Positions 1-13,885 of a DNA stretch of 64,000 bases are shown in pieces. Made by a program: the position numbers and the translations under genes. Below the pieces are notes generated by a model. It did no database searches, had not been told where the DNA came from, and saw nothing but the letters and a program-made list of their open reading frames with translations. Each line of letters starts with the position of its first letter. Positions within the stretch are counted from its first letter, which is position 1. This DNA is from Octopus sinensis (lineage: Eukaryota), in NCBI RefSeq assembly GCF_006345805.1, contig NC_043021.1:930001-994000 (forward strand). Direction: 5' to 3'.

Positions 1-491
1 CAAGAACAAGGTTTAGCCATTGAAATAAATGGGTTTTCTGAAATACCTAATTAAAGTTTGTTTTGATGCCAAATTGGGAGAAGCATCTGTGTATTGGATA
101 AAATACCTTTTTGTATTTATTACTCCTGCATTCTTTGTTCAGATCCCAGTAGCATCACCTTTGCCTTTCATTCTTTCATCATGATCAAAAGATGAAATGG
201 TGAAACTGTTAGAAAGATTTCTTGCAGTATTTCTCTTCTATTCTAAGTTCAAATCCTACCTTGACCCATCAACCCTCCATGGATGGAATCAGAATCCATC
301 TATACACTTGTGGTTAACCATGGATAGCTTCTAAGCACTAAACAGTATTGAATCTGCTGGGGGTAGAGTGGAGTGCTGGTGGTGGTGCTGGTGGTGGTTG
401 CTTATGTGATAAATATGGTCTTTAAAAAGCCAAGCAACCATCCGTGAAGTTGCATTGTGACTGATCAAAGTCCAACTTTTCCATTCCACAG

Positions 492-1861
492 GAAATCCGA
501 ACATTCAGTCCCATATTGAGACAGCCGTGAAATGTTTAGTTGAAAATGCTTCTGCAGGAATAATGAAGGTAAGAAACTGGCTTAATCTTAGCATTCTCTC
601 CTTGCTTTCTCTCCTTCACATATTTCATTCTTCCCCCGGAGGTTTCTTCTTCATTTATCTTTCCAGCTTAGCATCAATTAGAACAGAATTGATCTTGAGG
701 TATTATTTTTGCAGCAGAATCTTCGTCTTGTTGCCAACTTCTACCTATTTATCAAATGAAGGTTGTCTAATGCAGAACAGGCCTTCAAAACCACAGAACA
801 ACCAGTTGTAATATCAACAAGCGATGTAAACATGATGTCACCATTTTGCTCAGAGACGAGTCTGATGTTTACGTTCCCTGTTCACTTTGCAAGAAACATA
901 ACGTTGGAATTCCAGATGTAGTATATAACCACTGGCATAATATAGGACCAAATATAGTATATTTCACTGTCCACCCCACCACTGATGTACTCCAAACACA
1001 CACACACACACACCTGCTACTCCACCTCTATTATTTTGCTTCTCCCCTCCAACTCCCTCACCCATATTTGTTGCATCTTGAGACCCCATTTCCAATTTCC
1101 TTTTCTTTTAGGTTCGTTGGAATGCCTGTTATGCACTGAGTAACTTACTTAAGAATTCACTGCTGCCCCATGGTGAAAAAACTGACTGGAGTGTAAGTTG
1201 AAATCACTTTCCACATCCTTCATTTTGTATCAAGATTTCTCAGTTTGTGATTAAAGATTTAAAAAAATTGATTGAAATAGCAAATGAAGTCTATAGAGCT
1301 TTCATTATTCCTATAGTGGTGGGCATGGAAGGGGAGAGTGTTACATGTTTGCCTGTGAAGGTTGTTTGGGCTGAAACAGCAGCCAAATGACTTCGAAATT
1401 ACACTTTGCCTTACTAAAAATTGACACATAAGATTATGTAGTTCGAACAGGATGGTCATTGCTGGAATGCTTTCAATATCTGCTGGATCAAGGCTGATTT
1501 ATGGCTAATCTTTGACTTTATAATGTACTCCTGTAACAAATATAAGAAATTATTATTATCAAGAAAGCAGCTAACTGGCAGAACCATTAGCACACCAGCC
1601 AAAATGCCTTGATCCAGCAGATATTGAAAGCATTCCAGCAATAACCATCCCATTCAAACTACATAATCTTATGTGTCTATTTTTAATAAGGCAAAGTGTG
1701 ATTTCGAAGTCATTTATATTCTGAGTTCAACTTTGCCTTTTATCATTTTGGGAGGGGGTGGGGGTCGATGAAATAAGTACCTGTTATGCACTGGGGTTGA
1801 TGTTGTCGACTAGCCCTTTTCCCCTAAATTTCAGGCCTTTATTGTTGTTATTGTTATTATT

Positions 1862-1905
<44 letters not shown>

Positions 1906-4262
1906 GTTTCTTCACAGGTCAGTGTGTATTGCAGTTTAAGCAACACTGTTCAGAATTGCAGCAACTTCAAAGTACGTATCAATGCTGCTCTGGCTCTTGG
2001 AACCCCGACCAGAAGGGAGCAATATGGACAGGCATCAGTCTTTGCCAATGTCTGGAATGCTTTAATCCTTGGTTTAATTAGCACAAACAAAGTGACGGAC
2101 TTCTCTGAATTTCGGCACCGTGACACACTAATTGGACAGGTAAGTGTGGTTGATGTTATTGTTGGTAGTGGCGGTGGTAGTAGTAATAGTGGCAGTAGTA
2201 CTTTGTATCTAGGGCAACACAACCTGGTTGAGCCAAGCTTTACTCAATATAAAATTTGTACTCATCACTGGACATTTACATAACGTTTTATTAATACAAC
2301 TGTGTGGTTTGTACCTACCCATGGTACCAATTTAATAACTAGATGGCCTCAGCCAGTGATAACTGAATGTCCCTTTTCTATATATTGTTTGTAAACATCA
2401 GTAAGTAGAATTTCTTCTGCCTGAGGCCTTACACCTTATACACTCCCACCATGTCATTGGTATTTCCTGATTAATATTTTCTAATTAATGATGTCACAGT
2501 AATTTCTCTCTTCTGGCCATGTTCCAAGCTGGAGACGTTTTCTGAACTGAAACATTTCACTTAGATCTGCTCTGGATTTATTTAACCTGATGGAGCTGTA
2601 TCACATCTCATCAATAAATGATGGAGCTCTATCCCATCTCATCGTATAACAAGCTTTTCCACTTTGGGATTTCAATAAATGATTTTCTTACATTCTTTTT
2701 CTCTTTTACAGATTTGTACCACCATTTTACATCTGGCAGTGTTATTTGTGCCGGCAGATCTGGAAGAGTTGCACATGTGTCTACCTGAACAAGCAACCAC
2801 ACTCGCCAGTCATTTGAGCAGCTATAAGCAGAATTCACCCCAAAACATCCCACAAATAAGTTGGTTATTTTTAAGAAAAAGCAATTGATCACAATATTGT
2901 GTGTGTGTGTGTGTGTCATATGCCAAGGGGGAAAACTAGAAGTAATTGATAGCTTCCGTTACCTAGGTGACCAGGTCAGAAGTGGGGTTGGATGCTCTGC
3001 TAGAATAAGAGTAGGCTGCGCAAAGTTCATAGAGCTCCTACCTCTGCTAGTAACAAAGGGCCTCTTGCTCAGAGTGAAAGGCAGACTGTATGATGCCTGT
3101 GTGCAAACAGCCATGCAACATGGCAGTGACACATGGTCTGTGACTGCTGAGGACATGTGTAGTCTTGTAAGAAATGATGCTAGAATGCTTTGTTGGATGT
3201 GCCGTGTCTGTGCATGCACGACAGAGTGTAAGTGTCCTAAGAGAAGAGTTGGACATGAGAGACAACTGTGCTGGTATGGTCATGTGATGCATATGGATGA
3301 GGACAGCTGTGTGAAGAAGTGTCACACTCGTATGGTGGAGGGAACCTGTGGAAGAGGTGAAGAGGTAGACCGAAGAAGACATGGGAGAAGGTGGTAAAGT
3401 GCAGTCTCTGAATGTTGGGACTCCTGGAGGCAATGACAAGTGACTGAGACCCCTTTGGTGATACGCTGTGAATGAGAAGACCCGTCAAGCCAAGTGGGAC
3501 GGTAGTCATACCAATATTAATGTTGTGTACCTGGCCTGTTAAAAGCACCCTTCAATGGGTCGGATGATGTGCATGTGAAAACCTGGATAGCTGAGTGAAA
3601 CCGTAGTTGTGGCCAATGCCAGTGCTGTCTGATTGGCACATAAAAAGCACCATTCGAGTATTGGGCTTCAGAGAGGCTGTGACAGGTGTAGACTTATCAA
3701 ACAGCTGTGCCCGTGTAGACTTCTCAAACCAAGTGAGACATTCATTGTGGCTGATGTCGGTCAGTGGCACTTGTGCTGGTGGTATGTAAGAAATACCCAC
3801 TCTTGGAGTGGTTGGCATTTGGAAGGGCATCCAATCATAGGAAATTTGCCAAATCAGATCGGAACCTGGTGCAGCTCCCTGGCTTACCAGTTTTCAATTA
3901 AACCTTCCAACCCATGCCAGCATGGAAAACGGACATTAAATGATAATGATGAAAATATATATAATAATGATAATATGAGGGAATATTATTCCAAACTTAC
4001 AGGGTTTAATTCAATTTAGAAATGCTAAATCAAATTTCACAAAATATAATATATATATATGTAAATTAGAAAAAACCCACCTTTTATCAATTCAATAATG
4101 AAAAAATTAAATTATACCATTTAGAAAAATTACATCTTATAGAAAGATTAAATATAAGATAAAACATATAACGATGATTACTTAATGTGCAAAATAATAA
4201 ATAAATAAAACGTATATTTTTAGTAGAATAACTACACGTGTTTTGTGGCTATATTTAAGAAA

Positions 4263-4305
<43 letters not shown>

Positions 4306-5260
4306 CTAAATCCCCTTGTCTTCACATGTGTTTTGCATGCCAAACTAGTCCATGAAGTTGCAAGTTCATGAAATATAAGTTCATATACTTTTGGGAATTG
4401 TGTGATGTCATGAATATTTATGTTAAGCACATATTCCATGTATCTGTATTTAAGAATTCTAGCTCAAGTTCTTGATGCTAGGTGTCCCTAATGCATGTAA
4501 TTGATCTCCAGAAATTTACCCAGGTTGGATAGGTGACAAATCCTAACCCTGTGAAGTCCTATAAACGATTGCATATGCTCAAACATCAATAAAATGCTGT
4601 GAACGTTCTTGCATAAGATAAGGAATCAATTAATCTATGGTAAACACAAATTCTTGCAAAAATCCAGGGCAAATGCAAAGGACATAATTAAGAAATTCTT
4701 GTAAGTTATCAGGGGGTTAAAGTGTTTCTACATTTTTACGGGGCCCTGCTGTGTAGGTGTTGTTGTGTGGTTAAGAAGCTCACATGCCGACCATGTGGTT
4801 TTGGGTTCAGTCCAACTGCTTGGTATCTTGGGCAAGTGTCTTCCACCATAGCTTCAAACTAACCAAAGCCTTGTGAGTGGGTTTGATAGGCAAAACAACT
4901 GAAAAAAGCCTGTTGTATACATACATGTATGTATGTGCTTGTGTATGAATATATGCCTGTGTGTATGTATGTGCGTGTACATATATGTGTGCGTGTGTAT
5001 ATACATATATATATAACCGAAATGTTATGTTTCATATTTCAGCATCTGAAATCAAGAAAGTGATCAACCATTTGGAATACCTGGACCGAAGTGAGTTAAG
5101 CATGGCTGCTCAGGAAGCACTGGACTCATTCCAGGCTGTTTTACTTGTGGAGTTTTCAGGTTTGTTTTGTCTTACAATAATCTACAACACAATTTGCTCA
5201 GATTCTCCTGCAAATATTTAATCAATTTTACTCTCAGACTTTTAACATTTCCACACAGTT

Positions 5261-5312
<52 letters not shown>

Positions 5313-5637
5313 TGTGTGTGTGTGTGTGTGTTGTAAGTAAGAAGTTTGTAGGGTGTAGGCATGCCATATGCAAGGTGTGTGTGGTCTTTTTGTTGCTTAA
5401 CCTTAAGTCAGCAGACCTATAATCAATGACATTCCAACCATGACTACATTTTCTAATGTGTTCTTTCTTAAACTACTAAGTTGTTGTAACTTGAGAGAAA
5501 TTTGGTTCCTGTTTCTAGCAAGTCAAGCAACTTCTAGAGGGCCTTTCATTGTTTCTTTTTAATGTGTGAGTGTGTGTGTGTGTTTATGTGTACCAGGAAT
5601 GTGTTGGATGTGTGTATGACAGGAATATGTAAGATAT

Positions 5638-5706
<69 letters not shown>

Positions 5707-6016
5707 CACACCAAGAAATGTGTTGTTTGCATATATATGTGATCGTATACCAGAAGTTAGTTGAATGTATGTCTATTTGAAATGTGTAGATTATGTAGAG
5801 TGTGTATATAGCAGAAATGTGTAGAAATATGCATATGTAGTATCAAAACTATATATATATGAGATGTATGAAGACATTTTGTGTGCAACATAAAGTGTTT
5901 AGTATGAGAAAGAGAAAGAATAAAATTTATTTTCATTTTTTTCCATTTTGTTTCTTTCAGAAAGCAACAATGAAGACAAATCTGAAAAATCCTTCTTTAA
6001 ACAAATCTATGACTAA
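492..6016 (+). CDS. HEATR6: HEAT repeat-containing protein 6, 3' part only. Coding exons 492-568, 1112-1192, 1918-2139, 2712-2859, 5043-5090, 5961-6016 (stop TAA); the 5' exons lie before the window.
   Basis: All introns are GT..AG with compatible phases. The spliced peptide ...ENASAGIMK|VRWNACYALSNLLKN...DWS|VSVYCSLSNTVQNCSNFKVRINAALALGTPTRREQYG...VWNALILGL...DFSEFRHRDTLIGQ|ICTTILHL...FFKQIYD* matches the HEATR6 C-terminal motifs MKVRWNACYA, NFKVRI and REQYG as I recall them. The last two small exons are less certain. Confidence 0.88.
2921..3951 (+). mobile_element. RTE-clade LINE, 5'-truncated 3' fragment with 3' UTR, in a HEATR6 intron
   Basis: LEVIDSFRYLGD...RLYDACVQTAMQHGSDTW...LCWYGHVMHM are typical RTE post-RT motifs. 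Tail acccatgccagcatggaaaacggacattaaatgat. Confidence 0.85.
4756..4918 (+). mobile_element. tRNA-derived SINE (Octopus-type), partial
   Basis: A-box-like gtgtggttaagaag and B-box-like gggttcagtcc, then cttgggcaagtgtctt...ccaaagccttgtgagt. Same family at 59698-59852. Confidence 0.7.
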
Positions 6017-6771
6017 TTGCGTGGTCGTATTTTCGGTGGAAACTATAAGTCTGGCTTCACTGTATGTCTTTGGGAATGGCATCCTGATATTTGTATATTT
6101 AAAATGCTGACCAACATTGGTTGTTCAGAGACATTCCTGGGAGAATGTTATTGAAGAATGGATGGAACTACATAATTATCATGAACATTTCAAGAACTGT
6201 CTGTCAGTCAACTGGCAATTTCCATGTAATAATAATAATTATTATAAATAACAAAATCCTATCCAAATTTGTCTTCAATTTCTTGCAAAATATCTTTTTC
6301 TTATTTAAAATTTATTATTCATTTCAATATTATCCAGGAACTCCAATCTAAGAGTCTCTTTGCAAATTGGCAGCAACCGTGATTAATTAAAATGAATACA
6401 ATCTAATTTTCTGGATAATCATCACCACCATCATCATCATCCCCATCATCACTATCATCATCATCATTTTATGTCTACTTCCCATGTTGACATGGATTAA
6501 ATCAGTGGGTTTCAACTTTTTTTTTTTATTCCTGGAGCCCTTTGCTTACTCAAGTGGACCCTCATAGCCATTGCATGTTTAAGAACTAGTTAAACGACGA
6601 TGATGATGATGATGCTCTTCCTGATGCCAGCCACTTCAAAGTTTCACTTTATAGATCAATTAAGGAGAACATTGACACAAAAAAAGGGGTCAAGGCACTT
6701 AAATAGTGTCAACTGAGTGTATATAGATTTCATTGTATAATTATTGATAAATATACTTATTTGTGTGTTTG

Positions 6772-6825
<54 letters not shown>

Positions 6826-8356
6826 AATGTGTGTATGTATCAATCACCATCATTTTACATGTTTTCCATTCTGGCATGAGTTGGACAACTTGACAGGTTG
6901 AACGACCATTGTCTTGCTCCAGTGTCTCAGTTTTGCCATGTTTTCTAGGGCTGGGAGCCTTTCCTGACATCAACCACTTTACAGAATGGGTTCACCAGTG
7001 CTAGCAGGGTTGCCTTCTGGTTTGCAAGGCAAAGAAAGTCCCTCCCCCATAAACATAAATAAGAGCAACAGAAAAGACAGAGACGCAACACACTTGTGGG
7101 CCAATGTATTTTGTGTATAATTTTATATGAAGACTTTCAAACATTAACTGAAAGAGTACTCAATGCCTATATGTAGAGCATAGAATTTATCTTTATAAAG
7201 AAAAGGTTGACAGTGACTTTGAAGTTTTATCTGTAAGTAAATGTGTCAGTTTGTGAAGGCTGTGATTGCAAATACCATTTATATTTTGGGGTCCATCGTG
7301 TGGGTGGAAACTAAGAATGTCTCATTGTGCTGCTTATAAAATATTAGAACATGTTGAATTTGATGATTTGCGACTGTATTAAATGAATGAAGGCAGTGAA
7401 TAGATCAGGATGGGGTTTGTAAGAGAGCAAATAGATTACTATGGAACTTTTTTAGTGGTTGGATTAACATGGAGTCCGTTAGTGAAGGCTGAAACTATCC
7501 ATGTTTGAAGTTGCACTAAATTTTTAAGGGGTGTCTTTTGGAGGCAATATTCACTCTGACACACCGGCTTATGGATAGAAGATTTATAAATACAATGGAT
7601 AGATACACCTCACCATACACACACACACACACTTATAACTTAAGAGATCGTATTTATCCCTATTTAAACGTGTATTGTTCCATTGGAACAAACATTACTT
7701 CAGCAGACAACCATGAAAGAAACTCTCATTGGATATTGGTGCACCTGATCACATGATTACGACCTTCCTTGGTCTCATCAATGAGGTACGCTACATATAT
7801 ATATATATCATCATCATCTTTTAACGTCCGTTTTCCATACTAGCATGGGTTGGACGGTTGACCGGGGTCTGGGGAGCCAGGAAGCTGCACCAAGCTCCAG
7901 TCTAATCTGGTAGTGTTTCTACAGCTAGATGTGCTTTTTACGTGTCACTGGCATGGAAGCCAGTCAAGGTGGCACTGGCATCAACCACGTACGGATGGTG
8001 CTTTTTACGTGCCAGGGGAGGCTCACAACGGCCACAATCGGTCCAGTACCTGTTGTTCTGGCATTGATTTTCTATATATCTCTGGCAGGGAGTTGAGTTA
8101 CTGCTATCTCTAGCAGTCAAGTGTCCATCGTTGATGAGACCAAGGGCAGTTGAGATCAGGTGGTCTGGGTGCTGATGTTGGTGAGGATTTACCTCCCCTC
8201 TAGCGATATAAACAAATGTGCATTTTGCACCAAAAGCCTTTATGAGACTTTCTCTCGTGTTATCTCTGGCAGCAAAGTTTGTTCTAATAGAACATCCATG
8301 TTTAAGTGGGGTTAAATATTAACTTTTGGTAGCCTCTGTCGCTAATATATATATAT

Positions 8357-8389
<33 letters not shown>

Positions 8390-9130
8390 GGAGAAAGCCT
8401 TTGATGGAGACCTCTGCTCTCTTATCTGCTGGGCAATGCTGAAGCTAGGGATAGATGAATGGTTAGTGAGAGCTGTACTGGGATACCGTTAGTAAGATGA
8501 GAGTCGCCAATGAGTATAGAAAGGAGCTTAGTGTACAAGTAGGAGGTCACCAGGGGTCGGTTCTAATCTCCCACTTGTTTATCATAGTCCTCCAAACTAT
8601 GAGAAATTTAAGGCTGGTTTAAGTGTGTAAGTGACTTGAGAGAAAAACTGGATGTACGAGGCATGAGATGTAATGTGCAAGAGAGAAGACTGCCATGTAA
8701 TTCATATGCATGAAGATAGTTGCATCAACAGGTGCTGATCTCAAATTGTAGAGGGAGCATGCAGAAGGGGTAAACCCAGGGAGATGTGGGACGAAGTGGT
8801 GAGAAAGGATCTACTCACAGAGGGGTGACAGGAGATCAAGACCCTTGGCGGTTTACTGTGCTTGAGAAAACATTTTCTCAAGCATGGTTGTCTCTGCCTA
8901 CGGACATGTCCACTGAATCCTTCTCCAGCTGAGCATTTCTAACCTTGCAGGTTCATGGGTTCCGGTGCTGTGTAAATACACTCAGTACTCTCTGTAAAGT
9001 GGTTGGCGTTAGGAAGGGCCTCGTCCAGTTGTAGAAACCAGGCCACAACAGACAATTGGAGGCTGGCCGTTCCTTGTCAAACTGGTCAACCCATGCCAGC
9101 ATGGAAAAGCTAACCTTAAATGATGATGAT
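8390..9130 (+). mobile_element. Decayed RTE-clade LINE 3' fragment
   Basis: Remnants similar to 2921-3951 and the same acccatgccagcatggaaa...gatgatgat tail. Confidence 0.7.
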
Positions 9131-9189
9131 GTGTATATGTTGAGGTGTGTCCATTCATTTTATTTGTATATGTATATAGTTGGGGCATC

Positions 9190-10090
9190 AACTGATGGTG
9201 TTTGTCTTCATACAAGATCAAACGGGAAACTATGTTTGTCTCAATTGAAGACAGAAACAAAAACACTCATCAGAATTGTGTTGTTTGCAGATGATGCGGC
9301 ACTGGCAACACAATCTGAGGAGCAACTACAGCGCCTCATGGACAGTCTCACAAGAGCCTCTCAGAGCTTTGGCATGACAACCAATTTGCAGAAGTCAAAA
9401 GTGCGCAGTATTCCCCCATAATTACCATCAACAACTGCAAGCTGGAAGCCACCCACGAGTATACATACCTCGGCTCCAGCATCACAAACAACATTTCTCT
9501 GGAGTCTGAGATCGACGCATTGGAAGAACAACCCCCAACACTAGCAAGATCGGCAACGACGGTCTGAGAGAAAAGTAAGCTGACGGTGGTGCGTACGAAA
9601 GTTGCTGTCTACAAAACCTGCATTGTAAGCAAACTAGTAAGCCAGGAGCATTTACTGTAGACTGTAGCAGCGACTCAAAACCTTCGACCTCTCGCCCTGA
9701 GACGGACCCTGAACATTAGGTGCATCGAGTGAGTTACTAACAACGAGGTCTGACTCGCGCACAGATATCCAACTTTCTCATCCGACTGCAACAACGACAC
9801 TTCCGCTGGACACCACGTATCAAATGGGATGATCCCGAGAGGTCTGTTATATATGGGGGCAGAACCCTTCATAGTGATAACACTGCATCATTGTCTCAAA
9901 GATGTCTGCAAGTGAGACAAGAAATGTCTTCGAATGAATGTTGAAAGGCGGAAGGACATTGCTGATGACCACCGCCGTTGGAGACTGGAAACAGACGAGA
10001 GGCAGAGATTTGGCCATGAAGAAAAACAAAATCGACAGAACTACTGGACAATGCCTTCAAGAGCAGAAACTGCAGCCGGGACAAGCAAAC
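9190..10090 (+). mobile_element. Decayed RTE-BovB-like LINE, RT and 3' region
   Basis: NGKL...IVLFADDAALATQSEEQLQRLMD...FGMTTNLQKSKV (FADD RT motif); frameshifted. Confidence 0.8.
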
Positions 10091-10400
10091 GTGTAAGACT
10101 CTATGGTTATAGAAGACACTGCTCTGCCAACAAAGACCAAAACAGGACTTTCCAAGTGCAACTCCGTGACATTACGAGCAAGATTATGGAATTCTTCCGA
10201 AATACAAAACAATATTATGAGTAACTCGTTTATCAAGATTCTTAAACATTAATATGGCGGTTTCAAAGACTTTGGTTATATTTTTAAATATTTGCAGCAT
10301 ACATAGTTGACACTTGAAGCGCAAAAAGCACCTCTCTCTCTCTTTCCCTCTCTCTCTCTCTCTCTCTCTCACTCTCTCTCACACACACACACACACACAT

Positions 10401-10432
<32 letters not shown>

Positions 10433-10533
10433 CTCCTCACTAAAACACCAACAACATTTTAATGCCATCTACTTTAAGATGGAGAATCTCTTTAAAAAGA
10501 AGAAAGCTAGAATATTGTTCAGTAAAAATCTAT

Positions 10534-10539
10534 TTTATT
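10534..10539 (-). terminator. Polyadenylation signal AATAAA, protease A
   Basis: About 55 nt after the stop; conserved in B and C. Confidence 0.7.
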
Positions 10540-10593
10540 AAAAAATAGTTGAGATGTCAGGTACAATGTAGAGTTTCATCGCCTTGCAAGAAT

Positions 10594-13500
10594 TTATAAA
10601 CTCCTCAATGTGGTACTGATCCAGTTCCTGAAGTAAGAAACGCTGGTAAAGATGGCAGCATCAATAGCGCAGTCATAACCAAATGATGTGATGCCAGCCA
10701 CAACCATGTTGCCAGTTCTGCTGGGGCAATAGAAAGGACCACCAGAATCACCCTGGGTAGGAAACAAAAAGAACATTTAACAATTAGTTCGAGATGGTAC
10801 GGGTGTGTATACTGGTATATATATGAGAATGTGTATAGAAATATGTAAATGTGATGAGATATATGTATGTCCTTTGCTGGCTCTAGGAAACTGATGACGT
10901 TGATACGATTCCTACAGCAATAGCTTTGAAAGTGGATTGGTGAGGTTGGTGGTGGTGGTCATAATATTGATGATGATGATGGCGTTAACCTTCGTCTCGT
11001 TCGTCTTGTTGTTCGTATTGGTGATTGTGTTGGTGTTGGAGTGGGATGGAAAGGATGTAAATGACATTAATTGCTTGACAAGGGACATCGTTGTCAACCG
11101 TTAAAAAAAGATCTGAGAAATGTAATATTAAGAGAGCGAACTTACCATACAGGTGCTGGCTCCACCGTAGTTGAAGTCACCTCCACAAATATGTTGGTCA
11201 GTGAGAGAAGCATAACTCATTCTCTTTTTGCAGACACTGTGGTCAACAACTGGCATTGCTACGTGCATTAACTTGCTTGATGAAGGGCTGGTGACTGGAA
11301 AATACAGAAACGCATTAATTATTTTTGATTAGAGAAAATTCTTTCCGCCGACCTCTTCCAGCCACACGGAGGAATAAAGGAAAGAAAGGAAAAAGAAAAA
11401 CAAAGATATAGATAAGGGAAAATGTACCAGTTAGAGGTTAGTGGAAATATGTGCCCCATTACCATTGAGGAATACAACAAATTCTTAAGGAAAGAACTCA
11501 ACAAATCATACAAGCTGGCCCCAAGATCTGCCCTGAATGAAATCAACAACAACCACTGCAAACTTATGAGGAAATTACAAGTGGATGACCGAACCGAACC
11601 ATACCGCCCTGCATCTCCACACTTTAATCTCAAGGATCACAAGAAGAACTTTATTACCAAACCTTCAATACGCCTAATATGCCCCACCAACGATTCAGCC
11701 AGGGGATTAATTCGTTGCGATTTTCTTTGTCTTATTTATTAATAAACATGGTGTTTTTTTTTAACATTTCGTTCTTGTTTACTAATGACCAATAAGTAGT
11801 TTTTCAAAGACTTCGTCTTGATCTTGAATACGTTTGATCCAATGGATATACAATCCATTAGACCAAAGAGAGGGCGTGACTGACAGGTTGAGTGAACGGC
11901 AAAATAGTAAATGAAACGAATACTTACATCCAGTTTTACCCCATCCAGCCGCGATACATCTTTTCCTGTCAAATTTCTCTCCGGGAGCAGGAAGGGCCGC
12001 AGCAGTTACACAGTTTCCAAACGGCACTGGCTTAGGCAGACGTATCATAGCAATATCGTTGCCTTTTAAAGTAGAGATTATTATTATTATTATTATCATA
12101 TACACTCAACAGATTAGATTCTTGGAAAAGAAAAATTCCTAACATCGGGCTACAAGTATCCTTAGATGCCAACAACCCTCCTCGTTGTCCCTAATAACAC
12201 TGTTTTCTGGAGCTGTACTGCACTGGGTTTCATGCCTATTTCCTCGACCCCTCTGTTCAAATCTTTACGGATAGTTCCCAATGCACCTATAACTATTGGG
12301 ATACATTCCACCCTCACTCTCCATAGTGCCTGTAATTCAATGGTTAGGTCCAGCTACTTTTTTCTGTGCCTCTCATATCAATTTCTTCATCATTTGGGAC
12401 TGTAAAGTCAATTATCTGGCACTTTCTATTCTCTTTATCTACCACTACCAAATCAGGCCTTCTAGCTTCTATTACTCTGTCAGTCGGAATGTTAATGTCC
12501 CACAACACCTTGTATTTCTTATTTTCTAGTACTTTGCTAGTTTCATTTTCATTCCATTTATCAGTATGTTCAAATACTAGCTTTCTACATAGCTACCAGT
12601 GGATTGCCCTCCCGAGATTGTCATGTCTTTCCGTGCCAGCATACTACAGTCACCATATGAGTAAGGCTTTCCTCTTTTAATTTGCATAATCTACATGTGG
12701 AATCTACTTGGTTTTAGTCACAAACTTTACGACAAGCATTTGAATAATGCTACAGAGAACATGAATAAGAAAACAGTGGGAAGACGAGAGAAAGACAATG
12801 GACACCTCATCAACGGTTGACAACTTCTCGAGTAAGTTTTTGCGTATTTTGGTGTTTAACACACATTTAGCTGTTTAACTGTAGTAGCTTATAGCCGGTG
12901 TTTAGCTTACATTGAGGTGTTTAACATTCACTTATGTCTGTAATCACAAGTAAATCGCCAAAATGTTTAGATATAAGATTATTTGTGTAGAGTATGCGGT
13001 TAAATATCGATTGGAAAATACTTACGCATGGGTTTAGAAGAATACTGAGAATGTACTTTCCATTTAGTAGCTGTCATAACATATCGACCTCTCTGGTCGT
13101 TATTATTGGTACCAATATTTACAGAAATTGAACGAGTTCCAGGATTGCTTAAATAAATGAAAACGAAATCACGTGCATTACTTTCAGTCTCCTATATTTA
13201 GCCATGTCTCAAATATAGAACTGTATAAACGGCGAACTAAAGTTTAATTATTTTACTGTAGTATGAATAGAATTTTAGCTTGAGATCATAAACTAGCGAA
13301 AATTATATAAACAGAAATCGTATAAGTGACTGCTTCTTTTAGAGTATTTAATGAAAGAAAATGGTATTAGAAATAATAAGAGAGATATCTACGAAATAGT
13401 AAGGAAGCATGGTTAGTTTGTAACCCGTGAAAGAAAATTTTACTTACAAGCAATGGGCAGCGGTCAAAACATGTTGGTTGTCCAATAGTGTACCACCACA

Positions 13501-13813
13501 AGCGAAACCACCCTGAGCAGTATCAAAGATCAAGTGAACAATTGATGGATACTGGCAATTTGCTGCTGGAGAGCCACCAACGATTTGTTCCTCCGGGGCT
13601 GGAAGATATTAACAAACAATATTAGCAAATATGTTAACAAAAAGCTGTGTATTGTGTTGTTGGTGGTTTAGTTGTATAGAAATATAAATTTTCTTGATAA
13701 TACAATCGTGTTAAGGTCTCGAAAATTATCAAATAAAGCAATATAACAGTGAAGGGTTGTTTACCAGCGAAACTGAGAGGAAGAGCGATTGCTAAACAAA
13801 ATATAGCCAACAT
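10594..13813 (-). CDS. Secreted chymotrypsin-like S1A serine protease, copy A (254 aa). Exons 13765-13813, 13448-13598, 13026-13147, 11928-12062, 11146-11294, 10594-10752.
   Basis: GT-AG introns with phases 1,2,1,1,0 join into a 765-nt ORF: signal MLAIFCLAIALPLSFA, propeptide APEEQ, mature IVGG, TAAHC (His57), NDIAMIRL (Asp102), GWG, STCMGDSGGP (Ser195). TATA box upstream and AATAAA downstream. Confidence 0.95.
11330..11700 (+). mobile_element. Penelope-like element RT N-terminal remnant in intron 4 of protease A (copy at 26066-26436 in B)
   Basis: LKDHKKNFITKPSIRLICP is homologous to VKDHKPNFHTNPALRLICP of the element at 30290-33394. Confidence 0.75.
12085..12690 (-). mobile_element. R4/Dong-type (RLE) LINE 3' remnant in intron 3 of protease A (copy at 26820-27426 in B)
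   Basis: Minus strand reads RHDNLGRAIHW..., RRPDLVVVDK, PIVIGALG, LQKTVLLGT. The 3' end abuts (TAA)n. Confidence 0.75.
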
Positions 13814-13878
13814 GTTTGAGATTGGTGATGCTTCTGAGTCTGAAACTCTTTATGCTTCCTCGGTAATATTGCTCCTTC

Positions 13879-13885
13879 TTTTATA
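13879..13885 (-). promoter_or_regulatory. TATA box (TATAAAA) of protease A
   Basis: TATAAAA starts 72 nt upstream of the ATG; the spacing is identical in all four copies. Confidence 0.75.

Noticed and set aside
5091-5221. Read-through of HEATR6 exon 5043-5090 to a stop at 5221 as an alternative C-terminus
   Set aside because: A strong GTGAGT donor at 5091 and an in-phase terminal exon at 5961-6016 explain the gene more simply; there is no transcript evidence for retention.
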